Shown: one piece after another, positions 36,224 through 46,231 of the stretch
How the letters are laid out: the number at the start of each line of letters is the position of its first letter
How positions within the stretch are numbered: the stretch's first letter is position 1
The notes under the pieces: model-generated
Database searches by the model: none
What the model saw: the letters and a program-made list of their open reading frames with translations, nothing else
Told to the model about the DNA's origin: nothing
Made by a program: the position numbers and the translations under genes
NCBI GenBank assembly: GCA_965203055.1
Contig: OZ241863.1
Coordinates: 1,664,001-1,728,000, forward strand
Direction: 5' to 3'
DNA from: Spirochaetia bacterium
Lineage (GTDB): Bacteria; Spirochaetota; Spirochaetia; SZUA-6; Bin103
Length of the DNA: 64,000 nucleotides

Positions 36224-37960
36224 CTAGTACCCCAGGCTGTTCTTGAGCTCCTGATCGATCCAGATGCGGGCGTTGATGTGGGCCGTTCCCCAGGCGCTTT
36301 CCTCGGTTTCGCCATACCAGTTCTTGACCCAGGGCCAGGTGACCCGCAACTGATACGGCGTACCCAGCGGTATCCCCGGCACCACCTCATCGATGGCCCG
36401 TACGCTGATGTCGCGCAGCATTGCCATGCGGTCCGGGCCCGCCGCGGTCTGCTTCGCCTCCAGAAAATCCTCATGGAAGTAGAACCCGAAGCGGCCGCCG
36501 ATGGTGATGAGCGGGTCGATGTTGTACTCGCCGTGCAGCCAGATATCGAAGTTGGGGGGCGATCCCTCCTCACGCCGCATGAACTCGTTGAGCGCGGCGG
36601 ACTCCATCGGCCGCATGTCTACGGTAACGCCGATCTTGCTCCACTGGTCGGCGATCTGGCTCAGCATGTCCACCCGTGTGGTATCCGCGGCGTTCACCGG
36701 AGCCACCACGGTGAAGCCGTTCGGGTAGCCCGCTTCCGCCAGCAGCCGCCGCGCCTTCTCCGGGTCATATGCGAACAACTCCTGCGCCGATTCCGGCAGC
36801 TCGTTCATCGGTACGAACGCCGCGGCGTTCTTGTCGCTCACCGGCCAACTGTGCAGGTCCGCTTCGAAGAACGTCGCCTTGGCAATCGCTTCCCGGTTGG
36901 TGCCGAGGGCCAGGGCGCGGCGCACGGCCACGTTGTCCGCGATCTCCGTCCCCGGTCGGCCGCGCGTCCGTTCCGCCATGGCGAACGACAGCGTGTGCGC
37001 CCAACTGCCCTTCACCGATTCCACCATCAGGTTCGGCGTCTTGCTCAGCGTGTCCCGGTAGTGGATCGGCACCGGCGCCAGGTAGCCTCCCATGTAGTCG
37101 ATCTTGCCGGTCCGCAAGGACGCGATGCGGGTGGATTCATCGGGAATGATCGGCAGCACGATCTCGTCGACGAACGGGATCTGATATTCGACGCCGTCGA
37201 TGGTCGTGGTATCGTAGAAGATGGGGTTCTTCTCGTAGACCATGGCCGATCCCTGGACGTACTCCTTGACCATGAACGGCCCGGTGCCGACCAGATTGTT
37301 CCAGTCGTGGGCTCCTGCCGCGACCACTTCCGGGGCATACAAATCGTTCGCCCAACCAGATCCGAGACGCCCCCGCCAGACCGCGTTGAAGTACTTGTAT
37401 TCGACCACGAACGTATGCTTGTCCTCGGCGTACATGCCGACCAGCCAATCCGGGAACTCGTTGGCTTCGAGCCAGCCCATGTTGGGCGCCGTCCAGAAGC
37501 GCATGAGGCTGAACACGATGTCCTCGGCAACGAACTCCCTCGATTCCATGACGTGTTCCTTGCCGATGGCGGCCCATTGCACGCCGGGGCGGAGCCGGAA
37601 GATCAGCTTGTTGGAGGTGATCTCCCAATCTTCGATCACCCCGGCTCGGGTAAACTCCTCCGGTACGCTGAGCGGCGAGGTAAAGGCGTGTTCGCCGCTG
37701 CCGCGCGGCCCGAACTTGTCGATGTCGGCGGTCAGCAGGTAATCCAGTACGAAGCTGGTGAACTTGGTGGTTGGCCAGCGGCCTTCGACGGTGTCCGCGG
37801 TGGGCGGATCGGTATCGGCGTAGCCCAGGGTAAGGGTGCCGCCGTACTGCGGCCCGGCGGCGGCGCCGGCCGCCGCCTCACTCGACTCGGCCTCGCCGGC
37901 GGCGTAGCCGGGCAGCCCGACCACTGCGAGCGCCAACGTCAACATGACGATTCTGTTCAT
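36224..37960 (-). CDS. ABC transporter substrate-binding protein, family 5 (peptide/nickel type)
   Basis: Signal peptide MNRIVML...YAAGEAES; PQYGGTL, VGTGPF and YDPEKARRLLAEAGYPNGF motifs. Confidence 0.92.
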   Translation of the reverse strand: MNRIVMLTLALAVVGLPGYAAGEAESSEAAAGAAAGPQYGGTLTLGYADTDPPTADTVEGRWPTTKFTSFVLDYLLTADIDKFGPRGSGEHAFTSPLSVPEEFTRAGVIEDWEITSNKLIFRLRPGVQWAAIGKEHVMESREFVAEDIVFSLMRFWTAPNMGWLEANEFPDWLVGMYAEDKHTFVVEYKYFNAVWRGRLGSGWANDLYAPEVVAAGAHDWNNLVGTGPFMVKEYVQGSAMVYEKNPIFYDTTTIDGVEYQIPFVDEIVLPIIPDESTRIASLRTGKIDYMGGYLAPVPIHYRDTLSKTPNLMVESVKGSWAHTLSFAMAERTRGRPGTEIADNVAVRRALALGTNREAIAKATFFEADLHSWPVSDKNAAAFVPMNELPESAQELFAYDPEKARRLLAEAGYPNGFTVVAPVNAADTTRVDMLSQIADQWSKIGVTVDMRPMESAALNEFMRREEGSPPNFDIWLHGEYNIDPLITIGGRFGFYFHEDFLEAKQTAAGPDRMAMLRDISVRAIDEVVPGIPLGTPYQLRVTWPWVKNWYGETEESAWGTAHINARIWIDQELKNSLGY

Positions 37961-38013
37961 CTGCAATATCCTCCAAGACAGATGACGTGATGCGATGAGG
38001 AACTGGTGTTCCT

Positions 38014-39003
38014 CTACAGGTCGACTCCGCGCGCGGCGCCGGTGACGCCGCCGCCGGTCGATCCGCGAGCCTTCTTCCTGCCCTGCGCGCCGTGCGCGCG
38101 ATAGCTGCCGGCGCCCCCGCGCAGCCGGGGATCGAGCAAGTCCCGCACCGCGTCGCCGAACATGTTTACGCCGTATACGACGATGCTCAAGGCCAAGCCC
38201 GGCCAGATGACCATCCACGGCGCGTTGAACATGAACCGGCGGCCGCTGCCGCTCAACATGCCGCCCCAACTCGGCGCCGGGGCGGGGATGCCGAAGCCGA
38301 GGAAGCTGAGCGACGCTTCGCCCAGGATCACGCCCGGCACCGCCAGCGAAAAGCTGATGATGATCGGCGCCATGATGTTCGGCAAGACGTGGCGCAGCAG
38401 CATGCGCCGAGTCGAGCTGCCGACGGCCAGCGAAGCCTCCAGGTAGGCGTTCTCCTTGATGTTGATCACCACGCTGCGCGAGAAGCGCGAGCCGCCAATC
38501 CCGCCCGACACTCCCATCACGATGATGAGACCGAGCAGCCCGGGACCGACGATGGCCATCACCACCATGAGAATGGGAAGGTACGGCAGACACATCCAGC
38601 CGTCGACGAAGCGCTGCACCAGCAGGTCGAACTTGCCGCCCAGATAGCCGCACAGTACGCCGATGGCGGTGGCGATCAGGGTGCTGACCGCGGTCGCCGA
38701 AATCCCGACCACCATCGAAATGCGGGCGCCGTAGATGACGCGGCTGAGCACGTCGCGGCCCAGATTGTCGGTGCCCAGCCAGAACTGGCGCGACGGCGGC
38801 TCCAGGAACTCGCCTGCTTCGGTCTCGTTGAATCCATAGGGCGCCAGCAGGTCGGCGAACACGCCGGTCAGGAGCAACAGCAGCGTTATGACCGCGCCTA
38901 CCGTGCCGAGCGGCTTCTCCGTTATCAGCCGGCGGAGAAAGCGCGTCCGCCTGGAGCTGCCGCCCGCCGCGCCGCTCTCCGGCGCCCGGCCCGGCGCGCT
39001 CAC
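38014..39003 (-). CDS. Peptide ABC permease (DppC/OppC-like)
   Basis: LGTDNLGRDVLSR, HVLPN, EASLSFLGFG and GDAVRDLLDPR motifs. Confidence 0.93.
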   Translation of the reverse strand: MSAPGRAPESGAAGGSSRRTRFLRRLITEKPLGTVGAVITLLLLLTGVFADLLAPYGFNETEAGEFLEPPSRQFWLGTDNLGRDVLSRVIYGARISMVVGISATAVSTLIATAIGVLCGYLGGKFDLLVQRFVDGWMCLPYLPILMVVMAIVGPGLLGLIIVMGVSGGIGGSRFSRSVVINIKENAYLEASLAVGSSTRRMLLRHVLPNIMAPIIISFSLAVPGVILGEASLSFLGFGIPAPAPSWGGMLSGSGRRFMFNAPWMVIWPGLALSIVVYGVNMFGDAVRDLLDPRLRGGAGSYRAHGAQGRKKARGSTGGGVTGAARGVDL

Positions 39004-39995
39004 AATCGGACCCTCGGGTTCAGTATGCCGTAGGTGAGGTCGATGACCAGATTGATGAGCACCATCCCGACGCCGAACATGAGCATGATGCCGCTCACCA
39101 CGGTGTAATCGCGGTTGAGGGTTGCGTCCACCAGCAGGCGGCCCATTCCGGGCAGGCTGAAGATCTGCTCGATGATGACGGCGCCGCCGATCATGACGGG
39201 CAGCGTATACCCGATCAGGGTGATCACCGGGATGAAGGCGTTCTTGAGGGCGTGGCGCAGGACCACCGCGCGCTCCCGGAGTCCCTTGGCCCAGGCGGTT
39301 CGCACGTAGTCCTGGCGCAGCACCTCCAGCATCATGGTGCGCGTCATGCGCATGGTTCCTCCGGTCATGGCCAGACCCAGGACAATCGCCGGAATGATGA
39401 ACATCTTGAGGTTTTCGAGGACGTCATCGGTCAATCTTGTGAACATGATGGGCGGTGAGTAGCCCCACCACAATGACGGGAACACCACGATCATCGTACC
39501 GAGCCAGAAGCTCGGCACGGCCATGCACAGGATGGCGAAGCTGCGCACCAGATAGTCGCTGACGGTATCCTGCCGCAACGCCGAATAGACGCCGATCGGC
39601 AGGGAGATCAGGTTCGCTATGACGAACGCGATCAACCCGAGCTCCAGGGTAACCGGCCACCTGACGGCTATGTCCCGCAGCACCGGAGTATGGCGCCGGA
39701 ACGAGGTTCCGAAGTCGCCTTGCAACAGGCCGCTCAAGGCGCCGTCCGCTTGCGGATAGACGCCGATCCAGCGTCCATACTGGGCAAAGATCGGGACGTC
39801 GAGCCCATACTGCTTCAGCAGCTCATCTCTGGCCTGTTCGAGCGACTCGCGGGAGACGCCGATCTCCTCCATCTGGGCAATTTCAGCGTCCACGATGTCG
39901 CCCGGCATGAACCGGATCACGGCGAATATCACGAAGCTGACGATGAACAGCGTCGGCACGGTGAGCAGCAGTCTGCGGTAGAGGTAGGCGCGCAT
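39000..39995 (-). CDS. Peptide ABC permease (DppB/OppB-like)
   Basis: DYVRTAWAKGL, HALKNA and EQIFSLPGMG motifs. Confidence 0.93.
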   Translation of the reverse strand: MRAYLYRRLLLTVPTLFIVSFVIFAVIRFMPGDIVDAEIAQMEEIGVSRESLEQARDELLKQYGLDVPIFAQYGRWIGVYPQADGALSGLLQGDFGTSFRRHTPVLRDIAVRWPVTLELGLIAFVIANLISLPIGVYSALRQDTVSDYLVRSFAILCMAVPSFWLGTMIVVFPSLWWGYSPPIMFTRLTDDVLENLKMFIIPAIVLGLAMTGGTMRMTRTMMLEVLRQDYVRTAWAKGLRERAVVLRHALKNAFIPVITLIGYTLPVMIGGAVIIEQIFSLPGMGRLLVDATLNRDYTVVSGIMLMFGVGMVLINLVIDLTYGILNPRVRL

Positions 39996-40013
39996 GCGGT
40001 GACCCGGCGCGGA

Positions 40014-41429
40014 TCAGTCGTAGACTGCCCGCACCCAGAGCTGGTCTTCGGTGATCGGCAGCAGGGTACGGGGATTCTGGACCCGGCCGGGCGGGCGGCA
40101 GTTGGCGCCGCGGATGCCGGTGCGGGCGTCGCCCAGGTCGTCGCGGCAGGCGTCGGCGCGGTCGCGCAACTCGCGCACTACCTGCGGGTGGCGCTCGAAC
40201 TGGTTCATCGTCTCGCCGACGTCCGCGTCGAGGTCGTAGAGCTCGTCCTTGTCCAGATGCAACTTCCAGCGCCCCGCGCGGACCGCGTCGAGGCAGTGAT
40301 TGCCGGTGCCGTAGTAGAAGAACTGCTCGTGCGGGCTGGCGGCGCCCGGCCGGCCGGTCAGCAGCGCTCCGATGTCGGCCCCGTCGATGATCCGGTCCTG
40401 CGGCGCGGCGGCGCCGGCCAGGCGCGCGAGGGTGGGCAGCAGGTCGAGGGTCGAACACAGCTCGTCGCAGACCGCCCCCGCCGGTACCAGGCCGGGCGCC
40501 CAGGCGATGAACGGCTCGCGCATCCCGCCTTCCCAGGTGGTGCCCTTGCCGCCGCGCAACGGCCGGTTGCTGCCCACGCCGCCGCGGCTCAGGCGCGCGG
40601 CGTCCACCCCCGCCGGCGTGCGCGGTACCCCGGCGCCGTTGTCGGAGGTAAACAGCACCACGGTGTCGCGCTCCAGCCCCAGGTCGCGCAGCGTGTCGAG
40701 AATGGCGCCGGTGGTGAAGTCCAGATGGGCGACCGCCGCGCCGTAGGGACCGTTGCGCGATCCGTGGTGGTACTTGATCGGGGTGTAGATCGGCACGTGC
40801 ACGTACAGGTGCGCCAGGTAGAGGAAGAACGGCCGGTCGCGGTGGTCGTGGATGAAGCGCAGCGCGTCGACCAGATAGCGGTCGGTGAGGGACACCTGAT
40901 TGGGGTCTGCCTCCACCACCCGGTCGCGGCGCATCAGCATCAGCGGCGGATAGGGCTTGCGTCCGGGAGCGCGCAGGTCGGGCAGCATGTCGTTGCTGTA
41001 GGGCAGCCCGAAGTAGTCATCGAAGCCGTGGCGATCAGGCAGGAACTCCGGCTGGTCGCCGAGGTGCCACTTGCCGACCGCCTTGGTGGCGTAGCCCTGC
41101 TGCCGCAGCAGCGCGGCGATGGTCACCTCTTCGGTGGACAGCCCGAGCGGGTCGCCGGGCAGCAGCACCGGAAAGTCGACGCCGCTGTCCAGCCCGGTCC
41201 GCTTGGGGTAGCAGCCGGTGAGCAACCCGGCGCGCGACGGCGAGCACACCGCTGACGGCACGTAGCAGTTGGTGAAGCGGGTGCCCTCGGCCGCCATCCG
41301 GTCGAGTCGCGGCGTGTCATGGACGGTCGCCCCGTAGCAGCCGAGGTCGCCGTAGCCCAGGTCGTCGCAGAGGATCACCACGAAGTTCGGGGTGCGCGGC
41401 GGAACGGCGGCGGGTTGCTGCTGCGGCAT
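40014..41429 (-). CDS. Sulfatase (arylsulfatase A-like, Cys-type)
   Basis: PNFVVILCDDLGYGD, CSPSRAGLLTG, GKWHLG, TSDNG and EGGMR motifs. Confidence 0.95.
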   Translation of the reverse strand: MPQQQPAAVPPRTPNFVVILCDDLGYGDLGCYGATVHDTPRLDRMAAEGTRFTNCYVPSAVCSPSRAGLLTGCYPKRTGLDSGVDFPVLLPGDPLGLSTEEVTIAALLRQQGYATKAVGKWHLGDQPEFLPDRHGFDDYFGLPYSNDMLPDLRAPGRKPYPPLMLMRRDRVVEADPNQVSLTDRYLVDALRFIHDHRDRPFFLYLAHLYVHVPIYTPIKYHHGSRNGPYGAAVAHLDFTTGAILDTLRDLGLERDTVVLFTSDNGAGVPRTPAGVDAARLSRGGVGSNRPLRGGKGTTWEGGMREPFIAWAPGLVPAGAVCDELCSTLDLLPTLARLAGAAAPQDRIIDGADIGALLTGRPGAASPHEQFFYYGTGNHCLDAVRAGRWKLHLDKDELYDLDADVGETMNQFERHPQVVRELRDRADACRDDLGDARTGIRGANCRPPGRVQNPRTLLPITEDQLWVRAVYD

Positions 41430-41452
41430 GCGGGAGCCTCCTGCGGCTTGGG

Positions 41453-42016
41453 TCAGTCGTCGTGCGTGAACAGCGCGCTTGACGGCAGGCGGAGCGCTGC
41501 GACGGTGGCGGAAACGATCGGTTCGCCGCGGCGCACCACCCGCTGTCGGGCATAGCCGTCAGGCTGCGGCACGGAGTAGATGGTGACCTCGCGGGCGGCC
41601 ACGTCCACCAGCCACGCTTCCGGTATTCCGGCCTGCGCGTAACGCGGCATCTTCTCGGCCCGGTCGTAGAGGAGCGAGGAATCGGCCACCTCGACGACCA
41701 GCAGAATCTCCCCGGCCTGCGGGTGATGCCGCTGGTAGTAGTCGTCCCGGCGCCGCAGGACCGCCAGATCGGGCTCCGGTTCGGTGTATCGGTTCAGACG
41801 AACCGGGCCTTGCGTCCTGACCTGCGCCGCGCCCGCGAGGCGGGCGAAGAGCAGTTCGGCCAGCCGGTCCACGATGCCGGCGTGGGGTGGTCCGATGGGA
41901 CTCATCTCGCGTATCTCACCGGCGATCAGCTCCACCCGGTCATCAGCGGTGAGGATGCCGGCCTCTCCCATCCGGGCATAGTCGTCAACGTTGAACCGAT
42001 GTCGCTGGATCTCCAT
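41453..42016 (-). CDS. Uma2 family endonuclease
   Basis: RVELIAGEI, PEPDL, EVADSS and YAQAGIPEAWLVD motifs. Confidence 0.92.
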   Translation of the reverse strand: MEIQRHRFNVDDYARMGEAGILTADDRVELIAGEIREMSPIGPPHAGIVDRLAELLFARLAGAAQVRTQGPVRLNRYTEPEPDLAVLRRRDDYYQRHHPQAGEILLVVEVADSSLLYDRAEKMPRYAQAGIPEAWLVDVAAREVTIYSVPQPDGYARQRVVRRGEPIVSATVAALRLPSSALFTHDD

Positions 42017-42190
42017 GGCGATGCCGCCGCTCCCGGCCGGTCGACGGGCCGACCGTACCACACGCCCCGGCGGGCCGCAACGCGGCACGTTGCGCGGGTG
42101 CCGCCAAGCCAGTGTCTTGCTGACCGTTGATCGCCCGATCGCGGGTGGCCGTTTGGCCGCGGAATGGTAGAATGGGCGCCGGGAGGAGCC

Positions 42191-43600
42191 ATGGCCACCA
42201 GCGATCGGAACGGGCGCCTGCTGTCCGACCGGCAGATGCAGGGATTCATACGCGACGGATACGTGACGGTGAGGACCGGGGTGCCCGATTGGATCCACAC
42301 CTCGATCTGCCGGCAGGCCGAGCGGTTGCTCGACGGCGAACCGAATCCCGGCAACAACCTGCTGCCGCGCATCCCGGACCTGGCGAAGATGCTCGCGGAC
42401 CCGGCGGTGCGCGGCGCCTTGACCAGTATTCTCGGTCCCGGCTACCTGCTCGACGATCACCGCTACTGCCACGACAATCAGCCGGGCAGCAAGGCGCAGG
42501 AGCTGCACCAGGATGGCGGCAGCCAGGGCGACCATCGCACGCGCAAGGTGCTGCTGCTCTACTACCCGCAGGATACGCCGGAGCGGATGGGTCCGACCGG
42601 GGTACTGCCCGGCAGCCAGTACTACGGGGAACGCCCGGCCGGGGTGGAGGTGCGGCCGCTGCCCGGCGCCGCGGGTACCGTCACCATCACCCACTACGAG
42701 TTGTGGCACGGCGCCACCGCCAACCGCGCGCCGGTGCCGCGCTACATGATGAAGTTCCTGCTGCACCGGATGCAGGAACCGCGGGCGCCGAGCTGGGACG
42801 CTGCCGGCGGCGACTGGGATACCGAGCGCTCGCTTTGGCAAGCCATGTGGCGCTGGCACCGGGGCGAGGCAGCGGCCGCTCCCCTGCCCGCCGCCGGTGG
42901 TGGCGGCGGCGGCGCTGATCTGACGGGGTTGGCCGAGCGCCATCCGCAACGCGGCATGGAGGCCGCGTATGCCGTTGCCGCGGCGGCGGGCGCCGGCGGC
43001 GACGGTGGCGCTGACCTCGCCGCCCAACTGTGCGCAGCGTTGGGCGCGGAATGCGCCGCTACTGCAACGCGCTCCGTGTACGCCCTGGCGGCGCTGGGCG
43101 CGGGCGCGGTGCCGGCGCTGACCGCGGCCCTGGAACAGGGCACTGTCCGGGTACGCGGCAGAGCCGCGCAAGCGCTGGCCGAGATGGGGGGCGGCGCCAC
43201 CGAGGCGGCCGTGCCGGCGCTGCGCCGGGCGCTGGAGGCCAGCGATGAGCAGGTCGGTACCTGGGCTGCCGCGGCGCTCGGCACCTGCTCCGGCGGCGAT
43301 GCGGGAGCGTCGATCGCAGCGCTGGAGGCGACCCTGGACGAGGCGCTGCCGAACCACCCCCACCGGCGCCAGATCGCGGCCCAGGCCATCGCCCGCCTGG
43401 CGCCGCGGGTGGACGACGCTGCCGCCGAGCGCCTGACCGGCCTGCTCGCCCCGCACCTGGAGAACGGCAACCGCTACGTGCGCGGACTGGCTGCGGCAGC
43501 GCTGCGCCGGCTGGGGAGGCCCGCCGCCACCGAGCTGGTGCTGGACTGGCTGGCGATGGCGCGCTGGTGCCCCCTCACCACTCCCGACCACCCCTTCTGA
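42191..43600 (+). CDS. Phytanoyl-CoA dioxygenase (PhyH)-like domain fused to HEAT repeats
   Basis: LHQD, GPTGVLPGS and LWHGATAN (HxD...H); C-terminal AVPAL..AL....VR..AA.AL repeats. Confidence 0.85.
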   Translation: MATSDRNGRLLSDRQMQGFIRDGYVTVRTGVPDWIHTSICRQAERLLDGEPNPGNNLLPRIPDLAKMLADPAVRGALTSILGPGYLLDDHRYCHDNQPGSKAQELHQDGGSQGDHRTRKVLLLYYPQDTPERMGPTGVLPGSQYYGERPAGVEVRPLPGAAGTVTITHYELWHGATANRAPVPRYMMKFLLHRMQEPRAPSWDAAGGDWDTERSLWQAMWRWHRGEAAAAPLPAAGGGGGGADLTGLAERHPQRGMEAAYAVAAAAGAGGDGGADLAAQLCAALGAECAATATRSVYALAALGAGAVPALTAALEQGTVRVRGRAAQALAEMGGGATEAAVPALRRALEASDEQVGTWAAAALGTCSGGDAGASIAALEATLDEALPNHPHRRQIAAQAIARLAPRVDDAAAERLTGLLAPHLENGNRYVRGLAAAALRRLGRPAATELVLDWLAMARWCPLTTPDHPF

Positions 43601-43688
43601 CCGCGCCGGTCGGGACTCCTCGGCCGGTTCGCCAGTTGGCTCGCGGCCGGCGACGGTTGCCGACCTCGTGCGCCGGTCCACGTACCAC

Positions 43689-44381
43689 ATGAGTGAGGAG
43701 ACGCGGCGCTCGGTAATCGGGCTCACCGGAGGCATCGGCAGCGGCAAGTCCGCGGTCGCGCGGCTGCTCGCGGAACGGGGCGCCGCGGTGGTGGACGCCG
43801 ACGCCGCCGCCCATCAGGTCTACCGCGCCGGCACCGCCGGCTGGAAGGAGATCGTGGCCGCGTTCGGGCGCGAGATTCTCGATGCCGCGGGCGCCATTTC
43901 CCGCCGCAAGCTCGGCGCCATCGTGTTCCACGACGCGGCCGCCCGCGACCGCTTGAACGCCATCGTCCACCCGCAGGTGCGCCGGTTGCTGAGCGAGCAG
44001 ATCGCGCGCCTGCAACGGCGGGGGGCGGCGGTGGTGGTGGTAGAGGTGCCGCTGCTGATCGAAGCGATCCGCAACGCGGCGGGTTGGCGGCGGATGCTCG
44101 ACGAGATCTGGGTAGTCACCGCCGCGGAAGCCGAAGTGATCGAACGGGTGCGGGCGCGCGGGCGCATGAGCGAAGCCACCATCCGCGCAGTGATCGCCGC
44201 CCAGCTCACCCCGGAACAGCGGCTCCCCTACGCCGACGTGGTGATCGATAACCGCGGCAGCATGGAGCAGCTTCGCAGCCGGGTGGCGCAGCTCTGGCGC
44301 GCCCGCTTCGAACCTCACCTGAAGCTGCCCCGCAACGAGAGACCCCACCGTAGACCGTTCAGTACGGCGCGTCGCCGGTAG
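43689..44381 (+). CDS. coaE: Dephospho-CoA kinase
   Basis: IGLTGGIGSGKS, DAD, LNAIVHP, VPLLIE and ADVVIDN motifs. Confidence 0.95.
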   Translation: MSEETRRSVIGLTGGIGSGKSAVARLLAERGAAVVDADAAAHQVYRAGTAGWKEIVAAFGREILDAAGAISRRKLGAIVFHDAAARDRLNAIVHPQVRRLLSEQIARLQRRGAAVVVVEVPLLIEAIRNAAGWRRMLDEIWVVTAAEAEVIERVRARGRMSEATIRAVIAAQLTPEQRLPYADVVIDNRGSMEQLRSRVAQLWRARFEPHLKLPRNERPHRRPFSTARRR

Positions 44382-44453
44382 GGGCAGACGCACAAGCCGC
44401 GGCCTTGTCTTCTCTCGACATCCGCGGCGCAGCCGCGATACGCTCCGGTAATC

Positions 44454-45062
44454 ATGGCGACGCTCACGCAATCTCCGCAGTCATTCGCGGTCAGGCGCCG
44501 GCGATTCAGCCGGGAGGAGTACCACGCCATGGGCCGCGCCGGAATCCTCGCGCTGAAGGAACGCGTCGAGTTGCTGTCTGGAGAGATTATCGTCATGTCC
44601 CCCATCGGGCTTCGTCATGCCGCATGCGTCGACCGGCTTACCCACTGCTTCACGGCTGCGGGCCGGTTGGCCGGGCGCGCGTTGCTGCGCGTCCAGAGCC
44701 CGCTGATGGAATCGGAAGACTCCGAACCGCAGCCCGACCTCATGCTGCTGACCCATCGCGACGACCACTATGACTTTCGACATCCGCAGCCGCGGGACGT
44801 GCTCCTGCTGGTGGAGGTCGCCGATTCCTCCGCCGGCTACGACCACCGCACCAAGCTTCCGTTCTACGCCGCTGCCGGTATCCGCGAGTTGTGGATCGTC
44901 AACCTGCGTACGGATCAGATCGAGTGCTACACCGAGCCGGCCGCGGGCGGTTACCGTCAGTCGCGCCGCCACGCCGCGGGCGAAAGCGTGGCCCCGACGG
45001 AGCTTCCCGACTTGCGCATCCCCGTGGCGCAGATCATCCCTGCCCGACCCGGTTCAACTTGA
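44454..45062 (+). CDS. Uma2 family endonuclease
   Basis: RVELLSGEI, PQPDL, EVADSS and YAAAGIRELWIVN motifs. Confidence 0.92.
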   Translation: MATLTQSPQSFAVRRRRFSREEYHAMGRAGILALKERVELLSGEIIVMSPIGLRHAACVDRLTHCFTAAGRLAGRALLRVQSPLMESEDSEPQPDLMLLTHRDDHYDFRHPQPRDVLLLVEVADSSAGYDHRTKLPFYAAAGIRELWIVNLRTDQIECYTEPAAGGYRQSRRHAAGESVAPTELPDLRIPVAQIIPARPGST

Positions 45063-45116
45063 TCTGAGCCGTCGAACTCGCGCGCCGCATGGTACACTAC
45101 CGGCAGGAGGAACCCG

Positions 45117-45494
45117 ATGCCTTTCATAGCGTTGCGCGAGCTGCCGAAGATGGAGCTGTTTCCCGGCATACGGAGCGCCCTGGCCGCCGGTGAACAGCTC
45201 ATGCTCTCGGCGCTGGAGATGGAGCACGGCGGGGTGGTGCCGGAGCACAGCCACCCGCACGAGCAGGCCGGCCTGGTCCTGGAAGGCAGGCTGCGGCTGC
45301 GCATCGGCGGCGAGGAGCGCGAACTGGCGCCCGGCGATGCCTTCCTGATCCCCAGCCACGTGGCGCACTCCGGCGAGGTGACCGAGGGGCCGGCGCGCGT
45401 CCTCGACATCTTCAGCCCGGTGCGCGAGGACTACCGGAACCGCTACAACCGCTTTACCGGCACCGACAGCGATACCCGCTGGCACGACAAGTAA
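45117..45494 (+). CDS. Cupin domain protein
   Basis: HSHPHEQAG...IPSHVAHSG, DIFSPVREDY; SD AGGAGG. Confidence 0.92.
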   Translation: MPFIALRELPKMELFPGIRSALAAGEQLMLSALEMEHGGVVPEHSHPHEQAGLVLEGRLRLRIGGEERELAPGDAFLIPSHVAHSGEVTEGPARVLDIFSPVREDYRNRYNRFTGTDSDTRWHDK

Positions 45495-45505
45495 CCGGCA
45501 ACCGG

Positions 45506-46231
45506 TCACGGCACCAGTGGGATGAAATCGCCGCCGCTCATCGGTTCATGGTCCCCCAACCTTCCCCGCACTTCGATTGTCACCGGCGGCGGACTCAGGC
45601 GGACTACCTCTGCCTGGCAGTCATCAGGCCACCCATCTATGGCGGTAGCAAGATCGGGCACGAGATAGTGTGGTGACCATCCGATCTTGTGGCCGTCCAT
45701 GGTCTGGATCTGCACTGCCAAGCCGGTCTTTGGATTGTCTTGTTCCAGAATTACATGGAGCGGTTCCCGGTGGCGCAGGTCCTTGATGCGCTCCTGCACT
45801 GCCGCCTCCACGTGCCGCGATCCATGCAGAAAAAATCGACAGCGGAAGCATCCGTCGCCGTCCTTTTCGATCTTTGGAAAGACCTCGTAGGAATCCGTTT
45901 CCCGACGGCCTCCGTTCGTCGACAGAATTTCGATGGAGTCGGCTTCCTCCGGCAGATCTAGACTGCGCAAGTAGTCCTTAAAATCAGGCCGTTTACGGTT
46001 CATCACCCGGTTCTGAAAGAGAGGAAACAGTTCGGATGACCGATAATCTTTCTGCAAATCGGGAAACTCCAACAAAGGTGGAAATCTGACCTTCTGTTTC
46101 GCACGCTTCGCGCCGCCGATATAGCGAAAGCGATAGGAAGCATTGCCGACATCGGCATCCAGACGACCCACCGGAAACCATTGACGAGTCAAGTCGTCCT
46201 GCCATGCTAGAAACAACGTCCGTTCACTCAT
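45506..46231 (-). CDS. HIRAN domain-containing protein (HipA partner)
   Basis: LFLAWQD, ELFPLFQNRVM, GGRRETD, EQDNPK..LAV..KIGWSP pattern; ATGA overlap with the kinase. Confidence 0.75.
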   Translation of the reverse strand: MSERTLFLAWQDDLTRQWFPVGRLDADVGNASYRFRYIGGAKRAKQKVRFPPLLEFPDLQKDYRSSELFPLFQNRVMNRKRPDFKDYLRSLDLPEEADSIEILSTNGGRRETDSYEVFPKIEKDGDGCFRCRFFLHGSRHVEAAVQERIKDLRHREPLHVILEQDNPKTGLAVQIQTMDGHKIGWSPHYLVPDLATAIDGWPDDCQAEVVRLSPPPVTIEVRGRLGDHEPMSGGDFIPLVP

